A stretch of DNA of 64,000 bases from Herbaspirillum sp. (lineage in GTDB: Bacteria > Pseudomonadota > Gammaproteobacteria > Burkholderiales > Burkholderiaceae_D), in contig JAQGLY010000088.1 of assembly GCA_028292625.1 (NCBI GenBank), positions 43,587 to 107,586 on the forward strand. Direction: 5' to 3'. Below are positions 52,561 through 61,356 of this stretch, one piece after another. The position numbers and the translations under genes are program-made. Positions within the stretch are counted from its first letter, which is position 1. Every line of letters begins with the position of its first letter. The notes below the pieces were generated by a model that had not been told where the DNA came from, did no database searches, and was given only the letters and a program-made list of their open reading frames with translations.

Positions 52561-53349
52561 ATGAACAAAGAAATTGCAGGACTCGAACCGCCCCTGCGCA
52601 AGGATGCTTATCTGCAGTCCCTCGAAAACGGATTGGCGGTATTGGCTGCCTTTACGGCAGCGCAGCCTTTCCTTTCGATTGCCGATGTTGCGCTAAAAAC
52701 ACGGCAGGATCGCGCCTCGGCCCGACGGGCGCTGCTGACTCTCGCCCATCTGGGCTACCTTCGACATTCGGGCAAGCGCTTTTCATTGACGGCCCGGGTG
52801 CTCAACTTCGGCTATCAGTACCTCTCGGCGTTGCCCTTCTGGTCGGTGGCTCAGCCGGTGATGGAGGAATTGTCCGACCAGCTCAACGAAACCGTATCGA
52901 TTGGCGTGCTCGACGGCCACGACGTCGTCTTTCTTCTGCGTGTGCCGGCCAAGCGTCTGCTGAGCTTCGATCCGAGTATCGGCAGCCGGGTCCCGGCGCA
53001 TCTCCATTCGATCGGACATGTGCTGCTGGCAACGCTGTCCGCGTCGGCGCTGGAGGATTTTGTGAGGGCTATCGACTTCGCACCCCGTACGTCGTATTCC
53101 CTTTCCGACCCCGGCATCCTACATGCGCAACTGGAAGCAACACGCACGAGCGGCTGGTCCATGACGGCGCGTCAGTACGAAGAGGGATACGGCGGGATCT
53201 CGGTCCCGCTGACGGATTCGGACGGCAACGTGCTGGCCGGGCTGAATGTCAGCTTCATCATGGACAGCGATGCAGGGCGTCGGGCGACCGAAGACATCCT
53301 TCCACGTTTGAAACTGGCGATGCGCAAGATTCAGGAATCCGCGGGATAG
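52561..53349 (+). CDS. IclR family transcriptional regulator
   Basis: 262 aa from ATG 52561. N-terminal wHTH (SLENGLAVLAAF...SIADVALKTRQDRASARRALLTLAHLGYL) plus an IclR effector domain. Confidence 0.9.
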   Translation: MNKEIAGLEPPLRKDAYLQSLENGLAVLAAFTAAQPFLSIADVALKTRQDRASARRALLTLAHLGYLRHSGKRFSLTARVLNFGYQYLSALPFWSVAQPVMEELSDQLNETVSIGVLDGHDVVFLLRVPAKRLLSFDPSIGSRVPAHLHSIGHVLLATLSASALEDFVRAIDFAPRTSYSLSDPGILHAQLEATRTSGWSMTARQYEEGYGGISVPLTDSDGNVLAGLNVSFIMDSDAGRRATEDILPRLKLAMRKIQESAG

Positions 53350-53470
53350 AGGGAGAAAAACTCCCTCACGCGATCCGGCGCCGGTTGCCGCCCATTTTGC
53401 TCACGAAGGGAATGCACCCGTTTACCAAGTGCGAAACCTTCATTGAGATTTCCGGCCGCCGTCTCCGCAT

Positions 53471-54490
53471 TTAGCCATTCAGGATTTTCATCCCTGCCGC
53501 TACATAACGGTCGCCGCTTGCAGCATCGGGCGGAAAGAGCAGGCTGAGTTCTTTCAGATCCGCAGCCGTGAATTTCACCCCCAGCGCACCGATATTCTCT
53601 TCCAGGTAGGTCCGACGCTTGGTTCCAGGAATGGGCACGATGTGTTCGCCTTGCGCCAATACCCATGCCAGGGCCAATTGCGATGGCGTGCAGCTATAGC
53701 GTGCCGCCAGTTCCTTTATCTTGTCGACCAGAAGCAGGTTTTTGGTGAAGTTCTCGCCTTGAAAACGTGGGTTATGACGGCGGTAATCATCTTCCGGAAA
53801 TTGATCCGGCCGCGTAATGGCGCCGGTCAGAAAGCCGCGTCCCAGCGGACTGTAGGGAACGAAACCGATCCCCAGTTTGCGGCAAGTGGCGAGTACGTCC
53901 CGTTCCGGGTCGCGCGTCCAGAGCGAATATTCGCTCTGCAGAGCGGTGATCGGATGGACTTTGTGCGCCCGCTCCAAGGTCGCGGACGACGTCTCCGATA
54001 AACCGATGTAACGGATTTTCCCGGCTTTCACCAGATCGCGCAGCGCGCCGACGGTTTCTTCTATCGGGGTGTCCCGGTCGATGCGATGCTGGTAGTACAG
54101 ATCTATCGTTTCTATGCCGAGCCGTTTCAGGCTGCCTTCCACCGACTTGCGAATGTATTCCGGACTGCCGTTGACGCCGCGCTCGTCGGGGTTGGCGGGA
54201 TTGCGCACCAAGCCGGATTTGGTTGCGATGAAGCATTGCTGACGCTTGCCCTTGATCGCTTTGCCGACCAGTTCTTCATTGGTATAAGGGCCGTATGCGT
54301 CAGCGGTGTCGAGAAAGGTGATGCCCAGTTCCAGGGCGCGATGAATGGTGGCGATCGATTCCACATCGTCGCGATTTGCATAAAACTCGCTCATTCCCAT
54401 GCAGCCAAGGCCGATCGCGGAAACGACCGGACCTTCGGCGCCGAGCCGGCGTGTCGGTATGGTTGGAAGTGTCTTACTTAATGTATTCAT
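53471..54490 (-). CDS. aldo/keto reductase (Tas/YakC-like)
   Basis: 339 aa. [31 protein letters not shown]. Confidence 0.92.
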   Translation of the reverse strand: MNTLSKTLPTIPTRRLGAEGPVVSAIGLGCMGMSEFYANRDDVESIATIHRALELGITFLDTADAYGPYTNEELVGKAIKGKRQQCFIATKSGLVRNPANPDERGVNGSPEYIRKSVEGSLKRLGIETIDLYYQHRIDRDTPIEETVGALRDLVKAGKIRYIGLSETSSATLERAHKVHPITALQSEYSLWTRDPERDVLATCRKLGIGFVPYSPLGRGFLTGAITRPDQFPEDDYRRHNPRFQGENFTKNLLLVDKIKELAARYSCTPSQLALAWVLAQGEHIVPIPGTKRRTYLEENIGALGVKFTAADLKELSLLFPPDAASGDRYVAAGMKILNG

Positions 54491-54911
54491 GGGAAGCGTC
54501 CTCGAAAGATGGCTGTTGAGTAATGACGCTGGCCGGCAGCTCGGCTTCGATGGATTCGTACATGGCGACCTTTTTGTGCAAGGTCTCCAGATTGCTTTGC
54601 AGTTCAGCGAGCGTCTTTTCCACGGAATAGGTATGCTGCTTCAATAAGGTTTTCCGTGCGGACACACTTTCCGGCGTGTTCCCCAGCTTGCGCAGTTGGG
54701 CATAGCGCAGCATGTCGCGGATCGGCAAACCGGTCGTGCGCAACTTCAGCAAGAACTCTATCCAGAGGATATCCTCCTCGTGGTACAGCCTATGCTTGTT
54801 GTCTTGCCGTGCTATCGGATCCAGCAAGCCAATGCGTTCGTAGTAACGCAAGGTATGCACTGTCAATCCCGTTGCGGCGGCGGCCTGTTGAATCGTCAGG
54901 GAAGTGGTCAT
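54474..54911 (-). CDS. MerR family transcriptional regulator
   Basis: 145 aa. [26 protein letters not shown] plus a coiled-coil dimerisation helix. Overlaps the AKR start by 17 nt. Confidence 0.92.
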   Translation of the reverse strand: MTTSLTIQQAAAATGLTVHTLRYYERIGLLDPIARQDNKHRLYHEEDILWIEFLLKLRTTGLPIRDMLRYAQLRKLGNTPESVSARKTLLKQHTYSVEKTLAELQSNLETLHKKVAMYESIEAELPASVITQQPSFEDASHEYIK

Positions 54912-54918
54912 GGAAGGA

Positions 54919-54949
54919 AGTCTATTGGTTTGAGCGCGCTCTAAGTCAA
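54919..54949 (-). promoter_or_regulatory. MerR-type promoter: TTGACT-19 nt-TAGACT with GAGCGCGCTC dyad in the spacer
   Basis: The minus strand reads TTGACTtagagcgcgctcaaaccaaTAGACT. The over-long 19-nt spacer containing a palindrome is the hallmark of MerR-regulated promoters. The -10 ends 7 nt before the merR-like ATG. Confidence 0.45.
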
Positions 54950-55085
54950 GGAGATTATGGACTTTTTTGCGGATCCATGTTTCGGATGCCGCCGACGACG
55001 CTTATGTTAGGCTTCGCGACTGCCAGCTCTGCATACCGGTTTGGCCATTCCGATTCGGTCTCCTGTCATTTAAGCTAAAGGCGCT

Positions 55086-56060
55086 ATGAAAATTTCGATC
55101 ATTGGTGCAATGACTTCTCTGCTGACGGCCGCAGGCGCCTTGGGATTCGCCATTGCATTCGGCGGCCCGACAGAGATTCCAGCGATGCTGAGCGTCAATA
55201 ATCCTTTCCAGGATATCGATTACTCGGACCTCCCGGCGATTAAGCATTTCCCCGCTCGTGATGGCAGCGGACTGGCCTACCGCGAGTATGCAGGCGGCCA
55301 GGGCCTTTCGAAAAAGGTCGTGGTGCTGATCCACGGATCAGCGGCCAGCGGCAGGAGCATGCACATCATGGCAAAAGCTTTTGCCAAAGCCGGTTATACG
55401 GCCTATGCACTGGACATTCGGGGACACGGCGACTCCGGGCCGAAGGGGCAGATTGCCTATATCGGCCAGCTTGAAGACGATCTTGCAGACTTTGTGAAAT
55501 CCGTCGATATTGCTTCGACGGCGACCTTGGTCGGTTTCTCTTCCGGGGGCGGCTTTGCGCTACGCTTTGCCGGCGGCGCACGCCAAAAGCTGTTTGCCAA
55601 TTATTTGCTGTTGGCACCCTACATTCATCAGGACGCGCCGACGTTCAAACCCGCCGGCGGCGGTTGGGTAAGTATCGGACTTCCGCGGATAATCGCCTTA
55701 TCCGCATTGAATAAAGTCGGTGTGACGAGATTCAATGATTTGCCGGTACTCAGATTTGCGCTCAACGACGAGGCCAAAAGGTTTTTAACGCCGGAGTACT
55801 CATTTGCATTGGCGTCGAATTTCAGACCAAATGACGATTACCGTATGAATATCCGGTCTTCAAATCAGCCAATGGCAATTCTCGTTGGCAAGGAGGATGA
55901 AGTGTTTCACGCAGACCGCTTTTCCGACTTGTTCAATGTCGATGGCAAGACGGTGCCGGTAACGATCATCCCGCGCATCGGACACATTGCATTGACACTG
56001 AACCCCATAGCGGTACAGGCTGCAGTCTCCGCCGTCGACCGTCTGGATTCTTTAGAATAA
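55086..56060 (+). CDS. alpha/beta hydrolase (lysophospholipase-like) with N-terminal signal/anchor
   Basis: 324 aa. VVLIHGSAASG, DIRGHGDSG, nucleophile elbow GFSSGG. Lower GC than the core genes. Confidence 0.85.
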   Translation: MKISIIGAMTSLLTAAGALGFAIAFGGPTEIPAMLSVNNPFQDIDYSDLPAIKHFPARDGSGLAYREYAGGQGLSKKVVVLIHGSAASGRSMHIMAKAFAKAGYTAYALDIRGHGDSGPKGQIAYIGQLEDDLADFVKSVDIASTATLVGFSSGGGFALRFAGGARQKLFANYLLLAPYIHQDAPTFKPAGGGWVSIGLPRIIALSALNKVGVTRFNDLPVLRFALNDEAKRFLTPEYSFALASNFRPNDDYRMNIRSSNQPMAILVGKEDEVFHADRFSDLFNVDGKTVPVTIIPRIGHIALTLNPIAVQAAVSAVDRLDSLE

Positions 56061-56095
56061 GCCATATTGGCAATTATCTTATTTCCTGATATTTC

Positions 56096-57835
56096 ATGAA
56101 TCATCTACTGAAAGCGAAAACCCTGTTCCAGCAAGGCGATCTCAACGGTGCGGAAAGCGCTCTCGCCAAGGTGTTAAGGGCGCATCCGAAGCACTTTGAT
56201 TCATTACATCTTTATGGAATCGTCCTGGCGTTGAATGCGAAATGGGATGAGGCCAGCAGATATCTAAAGAAAGCCCTGTCGATTGCACCCGGCAACGTGG
56301 GCGTGATCAGGGATCTGGGCAAGGTCCAGTTTGAGATCGGACGCTACGCCGATGCGCTGGACAGCTTCCGCAAGATCCAGAATCTGGTGGGAAACCAGGC
56401 GGATGTCCTGACCGACATCGGGACTGTTCTCGGCAAGTTGGGCAAGTTCGAAGACGCGATGAAAAGCTATGACGACGCGCTTGCGTTGAATGCCAACTAT
56501 GCCGATGCCTGGCTGAAACGTGGGCATTTGTTGCGTCAACAGCGGCGCTTTGGAGAGGCTTTGGAGGCGCTCGACAGGGTCGTCGCCATCGCGCCGGGCA
56601 ATTTGGACGGATGGCTCGATAGAAGCGATGTCCTTTTCGATCAACAAAACTATGCGGCCGCGCTAAACAGCGCCGAGCAGGCGATTGCGCTGCATCCCGC
56701 TTGTGTGGACGCTTGGTTGAACAAATGTCTCAGCCTGCATTTTCTGGAACGCTCCGACGAAGCGATGGCCGCCTATGATCAACTGTTTTTGCTGGATAGC
56801 CGGCATGCCGGCGCATGGGCGAATTTGAGCAAATTGCAAATGCACATCGGGCAATTCGATCAAGCACTGTCCAGTTTGGAGAAAGCGCGCGCATTGTCGG
56901 ATACGCCGCATGAGCACAGCTTCAGCGAATCGATCATACGGCTGCTGCGGGGACAGTTCGCCTCCGGCTGGCCGCTATATGAATCCCGGAAATATATTTC
57001 AGGCGCCAAGCCGATGCGTCACCAGCACATTGCGCCTTTGACGCATGCTTCTCAGGTCGACGGGAAAGCGGTTTTGGTCTGGCATGAGCAAGGTTTGGGC
57101 GACACGCTGCAATTTTCCCGCCTTGTGCCCATGTTGGCGGCCAGGGGCGCGCAAGTCACATTCGAAGTCCAATCCGTGTTGCAGGCGCTGTTGATGCAAA
57201 TGGGGAACGGCGTATCGGTCGTGGCCTCTGCGGAAGCCGGCAATCGGAATTTCGACTATCAAATTCCATTGCTGAGTCTTCCCCTTATCTTCGATATCGG
57301 TTTGGATACGATCCCTCCGCCGCGGGCCGCTGTCTCCATATCCAGCGAAACAAAAGCGAAGTGGCAGGCCATCGTCGGCGCATCGGTCAAACCGAAAATC
57401 GGTATTGCCTGTTCCGGAAATCAAAAAAATATATTCGATGCAAAACGGAACGCGCCTTTGGCCGTATTCACGAATTTATGCGATATCGCGGATATTTACC
57501 TGATCCAGACCCATGTGAGGGAGGCTGACAGAGCGGCATTGGAACAGTCGCGTATCGTTTTTCTGGGACCGCACCTGATCGATTTTGAGGATACGGCGGC
57601 GGCCGTTGAAAGCATGGATCTGATCGTCAGCGTCGATACGTCTTTGGCCCATCTCGCCGGAGCGATGGCGAAGCCGGTCTGGACGCTGCTGCCGTTTGTG
57701 CCCGAATGGCGCTGGCTGTTAAATCGGGACGATAGCCCCTGGTACCCGTCGATGAAGCTCTTCAGGCAATCCACGCCGGGCGATTGGAGCGGGGTTTTAT
57801 CGAAGGTGAAGTCGGCCCTGGAAGCGCCGGCATAG
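56096..57835 (+). CDS. TPR-repeat protein fused to a GT9 (heptosyltransferase-like) glycosyltransferase domain
   Basis: 579 aa. About 8 TPR units in residues 1-270, then GLGDTLQFSRLVPMLAARGAQVTFEV ... VDTSLAHLAGAMAKPVWTLLPFVPEWRWLLNRDDSPWYPSMKLFRQ, typical of the TPR-GT9 family. AT-richer codon usage. Confidence 0.85.
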   Translation: MNHLLKAKTLFQQGDLNGAESALAKVLRAHPKHFDSLHLYGIVLALNAKWDEASRYLKKALSIAPGNVGVIRDLGKVQFEIGRYADALDSFRKIQNLVGNQADVLTDIGTVLGKLGKFEDAMKSYDDALALNANYADAWLKRGHLLRQQRRFGEALEALDRVVAIAPGNLDGWLDRSDVLFDQQNYAAALNSAEQAIALHPACVDAWLNKCLSLHFLERSDEAMAAYDQLFLLDSRHAGAWANLSKLQMHIGQFDQALSSLEKARALSDTPHEHSFSESIIRLLRGQFASGWPLYESRKYISGAKPMRHQHIAPLTHASQVDGKAVLVWHEQGLGDTLQFSRLVPMLAARGAQVTFEVQSVLQALLMQMGNGVSVVASAEAGNRNFDYQIPLLSLPLIFDIGLDTIPPPRAAVSISSETKAKWQAIVGASVKPKIGIACSGNQKNIFDAKRNAPLAVFTNLCDIADIYLIQTHVREADRAALEQSRIVFLGPHLIDFEDTAAAVESMDLIVSVDTSLAHLAGAMAKPVWTLLPFVPEWRWLLNRDDSPWYPSMKLFRQSTPGDWSGVLSKVKSALEAPA

Positions 57836-57846
57836 GCTGCGCGACA

Positions 57847-60339
57847 TCAGTCCGCGCGCGGTGGAACCGGCATGGTTTGCTGCGGCGCCTGGTCGGGCGC
57901 ACCGTCCGGCGTTTTCCCTGCCGGCGTTTGTTCGTTTGCCATGAGAGGCTGTCCTCCGATCAGCATCGTTGTCGGTTTCGCAATCGAAATGCCGGCGCTG
58001 CGCAATTGTTTCAGCACATCGAACAACAATGCGCTGCGCGCCCCATAGGCCAGCCGCGGCGATGAAACGAATCCGGTGGCGTTGAAGGTCATCGCCGTGC
58101 TGTCCAGGCCATCCAGAAATACCGCCGGGGCCGGCGTATCGAGGACGTCCTCATTGCGCTGAAACGCTTCCAGCAATAGCGTGTACGCTTTGTCCGCATC
58201 GGTATCCGGCGGCAGCGGCAGTTTGATCTGCACCAGTCCCAGCGGATTGGTATGCGTGACGTTGCGTACGATCTTGGTGATGAATTCGGAATTCGGCACA
58301 ATCACGGTCGAACGGTCGCCCATTTGAATTTCGGTGGCGCGCACATTGATGCGGCGGATGTCGCCTTCGACGCCGCTCAGCGATACCCAATCGCCCACTT
58401 TCACCGGCCGTTCGGCCAATAAAATCAGACCCGATACGAAATTCTGCACAATCGCCTGCAGACCGAAACCGATCCCGACGGACAGCGCGCTGGCGACCCA
58501 CGCAATGCGTTCCAGACCGATGCCGACGGCCGACAGCGACAGCGCGACCGCCAGTACGCCGCCGGCATAGCCGAACAGGGTCGCGGCGGAAGTTTGCATG
58601 CCGGCGTCGAGACGGGTGGTCGGCAGATAGCGGCTTTCCAGCCAGCGTTTCAGTATTCTCAAGCAGAACAGCGTCAATCCGAGCACCAGCAGCGCCTGCA
58701 GCACCGCGCCGGGTTTGATGGCGATTTCGCCAATCTTGATGCCGTCCTGGAACTGGTCTGCGCGATGCAGCAGTTCGGCCGGGCCTTCGCCGAACGGCGC
58801 CGCCAGCAGCGTCAGCGCGATCAAGGCCACCACCAGCCGGGCGGTGCCGGAAAACAGCACGGCGGCCTGATCGCGTATGTGGGTCGCATTAGGCGTGGCC
58901 GGCGCCGCGTCTTCGGCCTGCTGCGCCGCCGAACCGATCGCGGTACAGGCATCGTCGATCAATGTCGCCAGCAGATAGGCGGAACTCAGGACGATCAGCG
59001 TCCACGCCACCTGCTTGACGACAAAACTGCCGAACGCGACGTAGCCCATCAGCAGGCTGAGCAGGCTGACGATCAGCACCAGCCATTGTATGACGATGAT
59101 GCCGCGCAGCCACAACGCATGCGGAGTTTGCTTTTCATCCGCGGCGGCCCGCAATTTGCGCCACCTGCGCGCGCCGCGCTGCAGCCAGTAGGTGATGGTC
59201 AGGCTCAGCAGCAATGCGACGATGCAGTTGATGGCGACGGCCGTCGCCAGGCCGGCGTTGATCAGGATCGACACGCGTTCGCTGAACCAGACCGCCACCA
59301 GCACCACGGCCAGCATGACCGGCATCGCGCGCACATGCCGCGCCAGCGCATCGGACAAGGGCAGCAGCCGCCACGAAGGCCGGTTCGGCAGCAGCAATGC
59401 ATGGCCCAGTCCGGCCACGTAGCCGCCGAAGCTGACCACGCCCAATACGCTGGTCAGAAAGGTGTCGATGTCGTCCGGAAGACCGCCGGTCCAGCGCAGG
59501 CCGGTCAGCAGCGCCAGCGCGATCAATGCCGGCGTCGCCAGCGTCAATAAAACGATAATGACCGCGTGCAGCGAACGCCGCAAGCGGCCCGCCGGCACCC
59601 TGGCGGCGGTCAGATGCAATACCAGGCGTCCGGTGAACGCGCGCAATGCGACGACGGCGGCGATCGCCAGCGCCACCAGCAGCCACACCGTTCTCGGCGT
59701 CTTGGCGGCAGCCGCGCCCAATTGCTGGCCAACCGCGCGCAAGCGGCCGATGTCTTGCGGAATATCGTCGTGCAATTCGATCCAGAACGCCGGCGCCAGA
59801 ATCGACGGCGTGCGTTCGCCCAAACCTGCCTGAAACTGATTGCGGCGTATTACCGATACCTGCGCGGCGGTTTGCTCGGCTTCCACCGACAGCAGTCCGG
59901 CCAGTTTGACTTGCGCGTCCAGATCGGCGTGTTTTTTCTGAATCTCGGCGCGTTGCGCGACGATGCCCGGTCCTTCCTTGACGCCGGGCAGCGGCGCGCC
60001 GAGTTCGGCCAGGCGCGCCTGCACGCTGCCAAGCGCAGGCTTGAGCTGCTTTGCCACTTCGTCCGCCTTGTTGCCATCCTCCAGCGCGGTGCTGCGCATT
60101 TTCAGCAGGTCGGTATCGGCCTGCCTGTTTTTCTGCAATGCCGCCTGGATGGCGCTAAGGTTGTCGCGTATGCCATCCAGCACCGGGCCGTAGTCGGCGG
60201 CGACCGTCGACGGCAGATCCGCCGTTGCGGCTGCCGCGGGTCCGGGCGATAACGCGCTCAGTAAAATGACGACGGTCAGTAGGTTGGCGAAAGCGCGCAA
60301 TATGTTTCTTACAATTGTGGGGGCTTGCGTCGGGATCAT
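57847..60339 (-). CDS. mechanosensitive channel, MscK/MscM-like (large periplasmic coiled-coil N-domain + MscS core)
   Basis: 830 aa from ATG 60339 (the track ORF extends to 60441). Signal peptide, long helical region and about 11 TM helices. MscS core GFGLQAIVQNFVSGLILLAERPVKVGDWV. Confidence 0.9.
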   Translation of the reverse strand: MIPTQAPTIVRNILRAFANLLTVVILLSALSPGPAAAATADLPSTVAADYGPVLDGIRDNLSAIQAALQKNRQADTDLLKMRSTALEDGNKADEVAKQLKPALGSVQARLAELGAPLPGVKEGPGIVAQRAEIQKKHADLDAQVKLAGLLSVEAEQTAAQVSVIRRNQFQAGLGERTPSILAPAFWIELHDDIPQDIGRLRAVGQQLGAAAAKTPRTVWLLVALAIAAVVALRAFTGRLVLHLTAARVPAGRLRRSLHAVIIVLLTLATPALIALALLTGLRWTGGLPDDIDTFLTSVLGVVSFGGYVAGLGHALLLPNRPSWRLLPLSDALARHVRAMPVMLAVVLVAVWFSERVSILINAGLATAVAINCIVALLLSLTITYWLQRGARRWRKLRAAADEKQTPHALWLRGIIVIQWLVLIVSLLSLLMGYVAFGSFVVKQVAWTLIVLSSAYLLATLIDDACTAIGSAAQQAEDAAPATPNATHIRDQAAVLFSGTARLVVALIALTLLAAPFGEGPAELLHRADQFQDGIKIGEIAIKPGAVLQALLVLGLTLFCLRILKRWLESRYLPTTRLDAGMQTSAATLFGYAGGVLAVALSLSAVGIGLERIAWVASALSVGIGFGLQAIVQNFVSGLILLAERPVKVGDWVSLSGVEGDIRRINVRATEIQMGDRSTVIVPNSEFITKIVRNVTHTNPLGLVQIKLPLPPDTDADKAYTLLLEAFQRNEDVLDTPAPAVFLDGLDSTAMTFNATGFVSSPRLAYGARSALLFDVLKQLRSAGISIAKPTTMLIGGQPLMANEQTPAGKTPDGAPDQAPQQTMPVPPRAD

Positions 60340-60518
60340 CGGCGTTGTCGGATAGGGGGCTGGATTATCGGGAAACAGGAAGTATATAGGGGAAGTGGCG
60401 GATTGCTCCGCCGCGAACCCGAGCCGGCCGCGCCGGTCCAAGTTGAATCGACGCGGCGCAGCGGGCTTCGCTGTCGCGTCCGCCGTCCCGGATACGAAAT
60501 TTTTCAGGAGGAATCGAG

Positions 60519-60734
60519 ATGGACCGAATATTGAAAAGCGGCACGCATATTGCGCGGATCACAGCGGTGCAAATGCCGGACGCCACTTTCGAGGCGCAGG
60601 TATACGTGCGCCTGGCGCGGGAGCCGGAGATTGCCGAAACCTATATCCCGGCTGGCATTTTTCCGACCTCCGACGCCGCAATGCAGGGGGCCGAGGAGCG
60701 CGCCCGGCGCGCATTGGATGAAAACGAATTTTAA
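60519..60734 (+). CDS. small hypothetical protein (71 aa)
   Basis: Strong SD (AGGAGG) 7 nt upstream of the ATG, with good GC3 bias. I recognise no family. Confidence 0.6.
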   Translation: MDRILKSGTHIARITAVQMPDATFEAQVYVRLAREPEIAETYIPAGIFPTSDAAMQGAEERARRALDENEF

Positions 60735-60740
60735 ATTTCG

Positions 60741-61076
60741 TCAATCGTTGATCGCAGAATCGTCGGCGGTTGTGTCGAGATCTATTTCTTCGTCGTCCGG
60801 CACGGAGTCGTCATAATCGTCGTCATCGCCCCCGGACGATTCAGCCCAGTCGGCGTCGGCGTCGTCGCTATCGCTGTCGCGGTCGTTGTCGAGATCGGTC
60901 GACATGCGTTCGCCGGTGAGATGGGAATCGGAATCGGTATCCGCATTCGCCACGCCGGACATGTCGCTGCCGCTGTCGGATGTATCGCCGGGACCCAGTC
61001 TGTCGTTGTCATGTCCCACGCCGAGCTGACGGTCCTTGCCCCTGATTAGATCGGGGTCGAGTGTGCTGGTAGCCAT
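60741..61076 (-). CDS. highly acidic Asp/Ser-rich, probably disordered protein (111 aa)
   Basis: ATG 61076 is preceded by GGAGG (the track ORF extends to 61130). About one third of residues are Asp (DSDSDDADAD, GGDDDDYDD). Contains the conserved-looking segment LGPGDTSDSGSD. Confidence 0.6.
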   Translation of the reverse strand: MATSTLDPDLIRGKDRQLGVGHDNDRLGPGDTSDSGSDMSGVANADTDSDSHLTGERMSTDLDNDRDSDSDDADADWAESSGGDDDDYDDSVPDDEEIDLDTTADDSAIND

Positions 61077-61356
61077 AGATCCTCCGTTTGTAAGTGGGTG
61101 CGTCATTGTTCGGGCGAACCGCTCGAACACCGCTGCTTCACAAGACTCAGCTTAGTTAGCCTAATAGTCCGCGTAAGGTTCGGAGGTAGGACGGCTGATG
61201 ATTTTTCTGTAAGAGAAAGGATAGTCCGGCTGAACGAAAACCGGGGCGGATGGCCTCGGCCGGCCGGATCGGCCGTTTTAAATCGCATAAGCAAAGAGCG
61301 TGCCAAAATGGTATCGCGCTTGCCGGCGATACAGCAAGCGCAGTCGTCACAAAATT

